Source of the DNA: an uncultured Gammaproteobacteria bacterium
GTDB lineage: Bacteria; Pseudomonadota; Gammaproteobacteria; Steroidobacterales; UBA11654
DNA length: 64,000 nt
NCBI GenBank assembly: GCA_902634075.1
Contig: CACPJA010000003.1
Coordinates: 8,407-72,406 of the forward strand
Reading direction: 5' to 3'
The notes beneath the pieces were generated by a model that worked only from the letters and a program-made list of their open reading frames with translations, was not told where the DNA came from and searched no databases. Positions 30,076-38,530 of the stretch are shown here, piece after piece. The stretch's first letter is position 1, and each line of letters begins with the position of its first letter. The translations under genes were made by a program, and so were the position numbers.

Positions 30076-30111
30076 AACAGCATCTCGATTCGATTCATAT
30101 AGACCCAGAAT

Positions 30112-30705
30112 ATGAGCTCTAATTCATTATTATTAACCCTTGCTGAAGGCACTGCGGTCATCTTGGCTGTTCTTTATTTGCTTCTTGCTGTGCGTCAGCA
30201 TATTCTCTGTTGGTTATGTTGGATTATCAGCTCGTGTTTGTATCTTTATGTGATGTATGAAGCGGGTCTTTATATGGAGTCGATGCTTCAAATCTTCTAC
30301 ATCATTATGGGCTTTTACGGGTGGAGTCAATGGAACAGTAGCGGCGATCAAGGATCTTTTCAAGTTAATCGTTGGAGTCCTCTTAATCATTTGATCGCGA
30401 TGGTTGTTATTTTGATGCTGACCTTTGCCTCGGGACAAGTCCTTGAGCTATACACCGAGGCTGCCATGCCTTTTATTGATGCTCTGACCACATGGGGGGC
30501 GGTGGTGACCACTTACATGGTGGCAAAAAAATTACTCGAGAATTGGATTTACTGGTTTGTTATTGATTCTATCTCGATCTATTTGTTTGTCTCTCGAGAA
30601 CTCTACTTTACCGCCTTCCTTTTTTTGGTCTATTTATTCATCATTGTCATCGGTTACAGATCGTGGCGAGAGATCGAGTCCACTGCAAATGAAACCACTC
30701 TATAG
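30112..30705 (+). CDS. pnuC: PnuC-family vitamin transporter, probably thiamine (PnuT-type)
   Basis: YGWSQW, PFIDA, KKLLENWIYWFVID; under a TPP riboswitch. Confidence 0.9.
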   Translation: MSSNSLLLTLAEGTAVILAVLYLLLAVRQHILCWLCWIISSCLYLYVMYEAGLYMESMLQIFYIIMGFYGWSQWNSSGDQGSFQVNRWSPLNHLIAMVVILMLTFASGQVLELYTEAAMPFIDALTTWGAVVTTYMVAKKLLENWIYWFVIDSISIYLFVSRELYFTAFLFLVYLFIIVIGYRSWREIESTANETTL

Positions 30706-31510
30706 AATCATTGAAAGCATTCCCCACGGGGTTATTTTGGGAGACTCCCTCAAACAAGGTCCGGTAACCCAAGTTTTTAAAGTTCGCTTTGAAGGGGTTG
30801 AGGCAGTGTTAAGAATCGATTTGCCTATTGCCAAAACACTTCGGTTGAATCGTATCTTTGAAGCTGAATTATTAGAAACAATCCAACCTGCTCAAATGAG
30901 CCCAAAAGTTTTGTTTGCCGATAACTTATTAGGCGTTCTGATTTGGGAGTTCCAAGTTGGAGAAACCCTAGAGAACAAATCACTGGTGAGTTTACCCGAA
31001 CAGTTGGGTCATAACTTAAAACAGATTCACGAGACCAAGATCAATGGCAGTGAGCCTTTATTTGCTGATGCCATCGAGAACTATCGTCAATTGCTTAAGG
31101 ACTTTGATCATCCTTTGATCGAGCCAGGATTTACACTCTTTGATTCTTTAAAAGACGCTAAAAAGTCCTTGGTCTTATCGCACAATGACATTAACCCTGG
31201 AAATATATTGGCGAAAGAGAACTTGTTTGTTCTCGATTGGGAATACGCCAGTCTTAATCACCCATATTTTGATCTCAGTAATGCGATTGAGAACTTTAAT
31301 TTTAACGATCAGGAAATTGAGGCCTTCCTTAATTCTTACGATGAGACAATCACGGAAGAGGGCATCGACAGACTGAATCAATGGAGGAATTTTAGTCTTT
31401 ATTTAGCGTTATTTTGGCTTATGATTATCGATAAATACGCTACAATACAACAAACTGAACAGCACTGGATGATCAAACTGGAAAATAGATTGTCACAGTT
31501 AGAAGGATAA
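30689..31510 (+). CDS. choline/aminoglycoside-kinase-fold phosphotransferase, probable thiamine kinase
   Basis: SHNDINPGN, LDWEYA, HPYFDL; ATG 30689 overlaps pnuC. Confidence 0.8.
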   Translation: MKPLYRIIESIPHGVILGDSLKQGPVTQVFKVRFEGVEAVLRIDLPIAKTLRLNRIFEAELLETIQPAQMSPKVLFADNLLGVLIWEFQVGETLENKSLVSLPEQLGHNLKQIHETKINGSEPLFADAIENYRQLLKDFDHPLIEPGFTLFDSLKDAKKSLVLSHNDINPGNILAKENLFVLDWEYASLNHPYFDLSNAIENFNFNDQEIEAFLNSYDETITEEGIDRLNQWRNFSLYLALFWLMIIDKYATIQQTEQHWMIKLENRLSQLEG

Positions 31511-31513
31511 ATT

Positions 31514-32818
31514 ATGGCTAAAGTAAAAACATTTGATTTCGATACACTCTCAAATCATGCGGGGCAGCGACCCGATAAAGAAACTGGATCGAGAGCTGTT
31601 CCTATCTATCAAACGGCGTCCTACGTCTTTAGGGACTCAGATGCTGGAGCGGCTATGTTTAACATCGAGCGAGGCGGTCATGTTTATTCGAGGATATCAA
31701 ACCCCACCACAGCAGTTTTAGAAGAACGCATTTCAGCACTGGAAGGCGGTGTCGGTGCGGTGGCTACCTCCAGTGGACAAGCGGCTGTGTTTAATGCCAT
31801 TGCCACTTTGGTTGATCAGGGAGGTCACATTGTTTCCTCTTACGCACTTTATGGGGGCACCCATAATTTGATGGAATACACATTGCCACGATTTGGTATT
31901 ACCACCACTTTTGTTGATCCAAATGATATCGAGGGCTTTAAAAAGGCCATCAAACCCGAGACTCGACTTATCTTTGGAGAGACTGTTGCTAACCCTAAAA
32001 CTGAGGTTCTAAATATTCCCGAAGTGGCTAAAATTGCTCATGATAATCATATTCCTCTCGTTGTCGATTCAACCACAACCACACCTTATTTAATTAAACC
32101 GTTTGACCTGGGTGCCGATATTGTCGTGCATTCTGCCACTAAGTTTCTCAGTGGCCATGGAACTTCAATGGCTGGCTTAATAGTCGATGGCGGAGTATTT
32201 GATTGGGAGTCCACGGATAAGTTCCCACAAATGACTGAAAAATATGAAGGGTTTCACAATTTATCGTTTACTGAAGAATTTGGACCAGCAGCTTTCATTT
32301 CGAGGGTGAGAAATGAAGCGGCACGAGATTTTGGCGCTTGTCTTGCACCGCACTCTTCCTTCTTAGTCCTTAATGGGACTGAGACGTTATCAGTGAGAAT
32401 GGATAAACACATCAGCAACACCAATAAAGTCGTTGACTATTTAGTTGGGCACGACATGGTTGAGTGGGTCAGTCACCCCAATCTTAAAGATCACCCCAAC
32501 CACGACTTGGCAAAGGAGCTCCTTCCAAAAGGCTCTACCGCGGTCTTTAGTTTTGGCATTAAGGGCGGCAGAGAGATTGGACAAGTTTTCATTGATCGTC
32601 TTGATTTATTTTCTAACCTCGCCAATATCGGTGATGCTAAATCACTCGTGATTCACCCTGCCAGCACCACTCATCAACGTATGACCGTTGAGGCACTAGA
32701 AGAAGCGGGTATATCAGAAGGTTTGATCCGTCTCTCCATTGGTATTGAATCTGTCGATGATCTTATTGAAGATCTTGAAAAAGGTTTTAGGACTGCATCC
32801 AAAGCACTTAAAAAATAA
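31514..32818 (+). CDS. metY: O-acetylhomoserine aminocarboxypropyltransferase (sulfhydrylase)
   Basis: PIYQTASY, YSRISNPT, HSATKFLSGHG (PLP Lys), ANIGDAKSLVIHPASTTH. Confidence 0.92.
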   Translation: MAKVKTFDFDTLSNHAGQRPDKETGSRAVPIYQTASYVFRDSDAGAAMFNIERGGHVYSRISNPTTAVLEERISALEGGVGAVATSSGQAAVFNAIATLVDQGGHIVSSYALYGGTHNLMEYTLPRFGITTTFVDPNDIEGFKKAIKPETRLIFGETVANPKTEVLNIPEVAKIAHDNHIPLVVDSTTTTPYLIKPFDLGADIVVHSATKFLSGHGTSMAGLIVDGGVFDWESTDKFPQMTEKYEGFHNLSFTEEFGPAAFISRVRNEAARDFGACLAPHSSFLVLNGTETLSVRMDKHISNTNKVVDYLVGHDMVEWVSHPNLKDHPNHDLAKELLPKGSTAVFSFGIKGGREIGQVFIDRLDLFSNLANIGDAKSLVIHPASTTHQRMTVEALEEAGISEGLIRLSIGIESVDDLIEDLEKGFRTASKALKK

Positions 32819-32831
32819 TAAGGAATGAACT

Positions 32832-33620
32832 ATGTACATTGATGTTGATAATCACAAGACTTATATCGCCACGGGGAGCAAAGAACATATCGATGGCAAT
32901 ATGGGCATGACCTTTATTCACGGAACAGCAATGGATCATACTGTATGGACTTTAGCAGGCAGGCACTTTGCCAGACGCGGGTTAAATATTCTTGCAGTCG
33001 ACCTCCCTGGGCATGGCCGTTCCGAAGGTGATGTGATTCCCAGCATTGAAGGTATGGCTGACTGGGTGGTTAAAGCACTCGATGCCAGCGGTCAAGATAA
33101 AACCATTATTGTCGGTCACAGCATGGGTTCCTTGGTTGCTTTTGATGTTGCAGCTCGTTACCCAGATCGCATCAAACATTTAGCTATGGTGGGAACCTCT
33201 ATCCCTATGCCTGTCGGCGACTTGTTACTTGATAGTGCTAAAGAAGATAAAGATGTCGCCAAGGAAATGGTTAATTTTTGGTCTCACAGTCAAGCCGCCC
33301 ATCTTGGTGGATCGCAAGTACCAGGGACTTGGATGATTGGAAAGTTGGGACGACTCTTAGAGCGCAGTGGACCGGGTGTTATCTATAACGACCTTAAGGC
33401 TTGCCATGATTATGTCGACGGAGTTGAGCGAAGCAAGCAAATTCAGGCGCCGACATTATTTATCTTAGGCGAGGATGATTTCATGACCCCAGTCCGCAAT
33501 GCAAAAGAACTGGTTGAGAATATTCCTCAATCTTCAACGGTGATGCTTCCCAATTGCGGTCATGCTATCGTTAATGAGGCTCCCAACGAAATGTTGGATG
33601 CTTTAGCAACAATCGTTTAA
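32832..33620 (+). CDS. alpha/beta hydrolase
   Basis: FIHG, DLPGHG, GHSMG, CGH. Confidence 0.88.
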   Translation: MYIDVDNHKTYIATGSKEHIDGNMGMTFIHGTAMDHTVWTLAGRHFARRGLNILAVDLPGHGRSEGDVIPSIEGMADWVVKALDASGQDKTIIVGHSMGSLVAFDVAARYPDRIKHLAMVGTSIPMPVGDLLLDSAKEDKDVAKEMVNFWSHSQAAHLGGSQVPGTWMIGKLGRLLERSGPGVIYNDLKACHDYVDGVERSKQIQAPTLFILGEDDFMTPVRNAKELVENIPQSSTVMLPNCGHAIVNEAPNEMLDALATIV

Positions 33621-33640
33621 CGAAAAAAAGATTTTTAATT

Positions 33641-34624
33641 ATGCCTGTTGTAGATCATCCAAAGCTTCCTTCTATTGATCGACTTGCAGATCAAGGAATG
33701 GTCTTAACCCCAGAACAGGCTATTTATCAAACTTATGATAATGAGCTACATATTGGATTGTTGAACCTCATGCCCGACGCGGCCTTGGAGGCTACAGAGA
33801 GACAATTTATTAGATTATTGGCCAGCGACAATAAAACACTAGTACATGTTTACCCAACCACCGTGGACGCTGAGTCTCGTAGTGATTATTCAAAAAAATA
33901 CATTGACCAACACTACAACGCTATTAAGGATTTTATGCAGCGTGACTATGACGGTCTTATTATCTCGGGTGCTAATCCGTCACAAGTAGATATGACCCAA
34001 GAGTCGTTTTGGGGCCCATTGATCGAGGTTATGGAATGGGCTGAACAAAACACAAATTCAATTCTCTGCTCATGTCTTGCCACACATGCTTTAATGAAAG
34101 CAAAATTTAATATTAATCGCACGCTTAGGAAAGAAAAATCTTGGGGTGTTTTTCCTCATCGAATCCTTCACCCAGGACATCCTTTGATGGAGAACATAAC
34201 CGATGGTTTCAATGGGCCTCACTCGCATTACTACGATATTTCAATCGAGGAGATTGAGCAGACCAATTTGAAAATTCTAGCTGTAAATGACCGTGCCGGT
34301 TTTTTTCTTTTAGCCAATGAAGAATCGGACTTAATCTTGTTCCAGGGTCATCCAGAATACGATGATAAAAGTTTACTCAAAGAGTACGAGAGGGAAATCA
34401 AGAATTATCTCACTGGCCAAAGGCCTGATTACCCAGAAGTGCCAGAAAATTACTTCTCTAATTTAACTGTTTCTAGATTAGATGAGGAGAAAAAGAATAT
34501 TCTTGATAACAAGGAGTTCAATAGTTTTGATAGTTCTGCTCTCGAGGATATTGATCTGGGCTGGATAGAAACAGGAAACACCCTTTATAAAAATTGGCTA
34601 AGTCTACTCAGCAAGAGAAAATAA
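33641..34624 (+). CDS. metA: homoserine O-acyltransferase (MetA family)
   Basis: IGLLNLMPD, TERQF, DGLIISGA, SCLA nucleophile, QGHPEY. Confidence 0.92.
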   Translation: MPVVDHPKLPSIDRLADQGMVLTPEQAIYQTYDNELHIGLLNLMPDAALEATERQFIRLLASDNKTLVHVYPTTVDAESRSDYSKKYIDQHYNAIKDFMQRDYDGLIISGANPSQVDMTQESFWGPLIEVMEWAEQNTNSILCSCLATHALMKAKFNINRTLRKEKSWGVFPHRILHPGHPLMENITDGFNGPHSHYYDISIEEIEQTNLKILAVNDRAGFFLLANEESDLILFQGHPEYDDKSLLKEYEREIKNYLTGQRPDYPEVPENYFSNLTVSRLDEEKKNILDNKEFNSFDSSALEDIDLGWIETGNTLYKNWLSLLSKRK

Positions 34625-34628
34625 CGGA

Positions 34629-36284
34629 CTAGTTATTTTTAATTTTTGCCCAAGTGTCTTTGAGGGTGATAATTCGATTAAACACTTTTATCCCGTTATC
34701 GTCACTGTCCAAAATAAAGTACCCGTTTCTTTCAAATTGAAAACGCTCTCTAGCTTTTGCCTTAGCTAAACTCGATTCAATCACCACATCTTCTAGAATC
34801 TTAAGTGAATTTGTATTTATATCTGCCTCTGAAGTGGGTTGAGCCGCTGAGAACAAGGTCTCGTAGAGATTAACTTGAGCTTTGATGTGATCACTTGCAG
34901 AGACCCAGTGAATAGCGCTTTTGACCTTTTTCGTCGAGCTTCCAGTGCCGCTCTTAGTGTCAGGGTCATAGTTGCATATCAATTCTGTAATATTACCGTC
35001 TTTATCTTTGATCACTTCTTTGCATTGAATAATATAGGCAAATCTTAGTCGAACTTCACCGCCCGGTTTAAGACGATAAAATTTCTCAGAAGGTTCTTCC
35101 ATAAAGTCATCCCGTTCGATAAATATTTCTCTGCCAAAGTCCATGGTTCGATGACCCATTTCAGAATCCTTCGGGTGATTCTTTGCTTGAATTTGTTCAC
35201 TTGAGCCTTTGGGGTAATTTTCTAGGGTGATTTTCAAGGGGTTCAATATTGCCATTGCTCTGGGTGCAGAGCTGTCTAATTCTTCTCGCACAGAATTTTC
35301 CAGCAAGGCCATTTCTATGGACTTATCTTTTTTAGTAATACCTACACGATGACAGAAATCCCTAATCGCACTTGCCGGATAACCTCTTTTTTTCATGCCA
35401 GATAATGTTGGCATTCTTGGGTCGTTCCACCCATTGACAATATTTTTATCCACCAATTCGCCTAATTTTCTTTTGCTGGTAATAGTGTGCTCCAGATTTA
35501 AACGAGAGAATTCTATTTGTCTTGGTTGATTCGGTAGGTCTAGATGTTCGAGAAACCACTCATACAAAGGGCGATGATCTTCAAATTCCAAGGTGCAGAG
35601 TGAATGGGTTGTTCCCTCAATGGCATCAGATAAGGTGTGTGCAAAATCATACATTGGGTAGATGCACCATTGGTTGCCTGTGCGTTGATGCTCAAGATGC
35701 AAAATCCGATAGAGTATTGGGTCTCGTAAATTAATATTGGGAGAACCCATATCAATTTTTGCCCGAAGCACGTTCTCTCCATTCTCAAATTCACCCGCTC
35801 GCATTCGTTCAAAGAGTCCAATATTTTCAGCCACTGAGCGACTTCTGTATGGGCTATTGGTGCCCGGCTCATTAAGCGTGCCCCTGGTGTTTTTAATTTC
35901 TTCCGCCGTTTGGCTATCCACATAGGCATTGCCGTCCTCGATTAGCTCAATCGCACAGTTATAGATTTCTTCAAAGTAGTCTGAGGCATGTGTTAGGCGA
36001 TTCTCCCAATCAAAGCCTAACCAGGAAACATCCTTGATAATGGCTGCAGCAAAATCCTCAGTTTCCTTAGCTGGATTGGTGTCGTCAAATCGCAAAAAGC
36101 AATTGCCGTTAAAATCTTTTGCCACCCCGAAGTTTAAACAAATGGAGAGAGCGTGACCAATATGAAGATAACCGTTGGGCTCTGGTGGGAAACGAGTGCA
36201 TACCCTTGCATCATTCTTTCCTGTATCCACATCGTTGCGGATAATTTGACGAATAAAATCTTTACCTGTGGGTTTGGCTGCCAT
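34629..36284 (-). CDS. glnS: glutamine--tRNA ligase
   Basis: RFPPEPNGYLHIGH, HSLCTLEF, TSKRK, FQFERNGYF. Confidence 0.97.
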   Translation of the reverse strand: MAAKPTGKDFIRQIIRNDVDTGKNDARVCTRFPPEPNGYLHIGHALSICLNFGVAKDFNGNCFLRFDDTNPAKETEDFAAAIIKDVSWLGFDWENRLTHASDYFEEIYNCAIELIEDGNAYVDSQTAEEIKNTRGTLNEPGTNSPYRSRSVAENIGLFERMRAGEFENGENVLRAKIDMGSPNINLRDPILYRILHLEHQRTGNQWCIYPMYDFAHTLSDAIEGTTHSLCTLEFEDHRPLYEWFLEHLDLPNQPRQIEFSRLNLEHTITSKRKLGELVDKNIVNGWNDPRMPTLSGMKKRGYPASAIRDFCHRVGITKKDKSIEMALLENSVREELDSSAPRAMAILNPLKITLENYPKGSSEQIQAKNHPKDSEMGHRTMDFGREIFIERDDFMEEPSEKFYRLKPGGEVRLRFAYIIQCKEVIKDKDGNITELICNYDPDTKSGTGSSTKKVKSAIHWVSASDHIKAQVNLYETLFSAAQPTSEADINTNSLKILEDVVIESSLAKAKARERFQFERNGYFILDSDDNGIKVFNRIITLKDTWAKIKNN

Positions 36285-37102
36285 TAAGTATTGTTAAGAT
36301 TCATTTCTTCTTCCCATTCATCCACGATTCGTTTTTTACAGAATCGTGATCCAAATAGAAGTCGACCTATGACTTTGGTCCTGTTTAACCAGGCTATTTT
36401 GGCACCGTTTTTATTGTTCTTTAAAGTTTGCTCAACCAACCAGGGAGTTACCGTTTCAACTCGATCAGCAAGAACATTAAGTATTCTTTTTGATTTTTCC
36501 CAATTCTCACCGCTCTCCTTTGATGATCGAACCAAAAGATCTGTGGTGACTATACCGGGACTCAATGAACCGATAATGATGGGCGTGTTTTTGTATTCGT
36601 TTGCAGCTGCCGCTGTGAAGTATCTCAAAGCTCTTTTTGTGGATCCATAGACACTGATTCCTTTTTGTAATTGTCCATTACTTCCAAACCCTTCAAACAT
36701 ATAAATTTGCCCAAAGCCTTGCTTAAGCATTTCCTTAGCCACAACTTTTGTGCACAAGATACTTCCGGTTAGATTTGTATCAACTGTTGTTAAGATTTCA
36801 TCTGTCTCTAAGTCTTCAAGACCTTGCCTCGAGGTAGATACGCCAGCGTTATTGATCCATATATCAACCTTACTAAAGGCAGTCATTGACTGATCCCAGA
36901 GATTTTGTACAGATTTAATATCTTGGACTAGGCAAGGGACTCCGATGACATTGTCTTTATTGCCTTCAATTGAATCCATGGCCTTTGATACTGAAGCATC
37001 AGAGGTTCCCGAGATTACTACTTGATGGCCTCTATCGAGGAATTCATTTGCCATACCCAGACCAATGCCTCTAGTGCTGCCGGTAATTACTACTGTTTTC
37101 AT
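36284..37102 (-). CDS. short-chain dehydrogenase/reductase
   Basis: TGSTRGIG, INNAG, YGSTK. Confidence 0.92.
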   Translation of the reverse strand: MKTVVITGSTRGIGLGMANEFLDRGHQVVISGTSDASVSKAMDSIEGNKDNVIGVPCLVQDIKSVQNLWDQSMTAFSKVDIWINNAGVSTSRQGLEDLETDEILTTVDTNLTGSILCTKVVAKEMLKQGFGQIYMFEGFGSNGQLQKGISVYGSTKRALRYFTAAAANEYKNTPIIIGSLSPGIVTTDLLVRSSKESGENWEKSKRILNVLADRVETVTPWLVEQTLKNNKNGAKIAWLNRTKVIGRLLFGSRFCKKRIVDEWEEEMNLNNT

Positions 37103-37130
37103 TTATTACTCCAAAAATAATTAACTAAAA

Positions 37131-38306
37131 TCATTCTATTACCCCCTCAGGTTTTCTTAAAGTAAAGTTTGCAATCAAAAAAATCACCGGTATGGCAATA
37201 ATGACTCCGGCGTAGAGTGGGGTGGAAGGTGCAAAATTACTGTACAGCACACCTGAGAAAGTAGGTCCTATAATCCTACCCATTGCACAGGCCGCTTGAT
37301 ATTGGCCTAAAAATTGTCCTCGTTCATTTTCTTTGGCACTTTTGGAAACCATACTGGATAAGCTGGGGTTGAACATTGCTGCTCCGGATCCATAGAAAAA
37401 TAGACCACTCCAAAGCATAATCGGGTTAATTGCTGAACCAATAAGTGTGAGGCCTATCATTACTGATGTGGCCGCAATCTGGACTAATCTTTTTTCACCA
37501 AATATTTTGGTTAAACGCCCAATAAGACCGCCTTGAATAATAACTGAGATTGAACCCAGCAAGAAAAAAACAGCACCAATGTGCGATGGCCCATAATCAA
37601 ATATCTTGTTTGCCCATAGTGGAAAAATCGCCTCCATCAATGACATCGCACAATAAAAAATTAATCCGCAAGAGACGAGCACAAGAATAGCTTCTTTTGG
37701 CCTGAAGGTGTCGGCTTCAATAATATTAAAAACGCCCTCGAAAGATTTTCTTTTTTCAGGCTTAAGGCTTTCTTTTAAGAACATCATGGTTGCAATCATT
37801 GCAAAGAAATTAATTCCCGCTCCAACAAGTGCGGTGAGAAAATAATTTGCACTTTCCACTTCGCTTCCCGCAAAGAATCCACCAATAGCAGGACCCGTCA
37901 TAAAACCTAAACCTAATGCTGCGCTCACTTTACCAAGACCAGCGGATCTATTTTCAGGATCAGTGATGTCCGAAACATAAGCAAAAGCAATAGAGATATT
38001 TCCTGCCATTAGTCCTGCAAAAACTCGACTGAGAATAACCAGTGTCAGGGTCTCGGCATACGCTAACATGATATATGAGAGACCAGAGCCAAACAAACTT
38101 ATGATAAGAACTTTTTTTCTGCCAATAGAGTCACTAATCCGCCCCCAAAAAGGCGCTGCGAAAAACTGCCCCAAGGAGAAAACCGACATCGTTAGAGTAA
38201 TAATCTCAGGGCTAGCCCCTAGGCGTTCTGCATAAAAAGGAAATAAAGGCAAGACAATCCCGAATCCCATTAACCCAATAAACGTGACAAGAAAAATTAT
38301 AAGCAT
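37131..38306 (-). CDS. MFS transporter (TetA/DHA1-like)
   Basis: Motif A GRISDSIGRK, AYVSDIT, GPAIGG. Confidence 0.9.
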   Translation of the reverse strand: MLIIFLVTFIGLMGFGIVLPLFPFYAERLGASPEIITLTMSVFSLGQFFAAPFWGRISDSIGRKKVLIISLFGSGLSYIMLAYAETLTLVILSRVFAGLMAGNISIAFAYVSDITDPENRSAGLGKVSAALGLGFMTGPAIGGFFAGSEVESANYFLTALVGAGINFFAMIATMMFLKESLKPEKRKSFEGVFNIIEADTFRPKEAILVLVSCGLIFYCAMSLMEAIFPLWANKIFDYGPSHIGAVFFLLGSISVIIQGGLIGRLTKIFGEKRLVQIAATSVMIGLTLIGSAINPIMLWSGLFFYGSGAAMFNPSLSSMVSKSAKENERGQFLGQYQAACAMGRIIGPTFSGVLYSNFAPSTPLYAGVIIAIPVIFLIANFTLRKPEGVIE

Positions 38307-38530
38307 TTGTTATATATGTCTTTTTTAATATTTAGAGTAAGAATAGTGTCTAAGTTGTCAGTGTTGTTAATAGACAACAACTGAGTCCTTATATACACTG
38401 GCACTTTAACATTAATGACTTTTATTGGAAGAAAAATCCAATTAGAATGTCGATAGTTGAAAAATTCATATTAAATCGGGGTTTTTCAACATCATCTTTT
38501 TAAATTAATTAATAACCGGGAACTTAAAAA

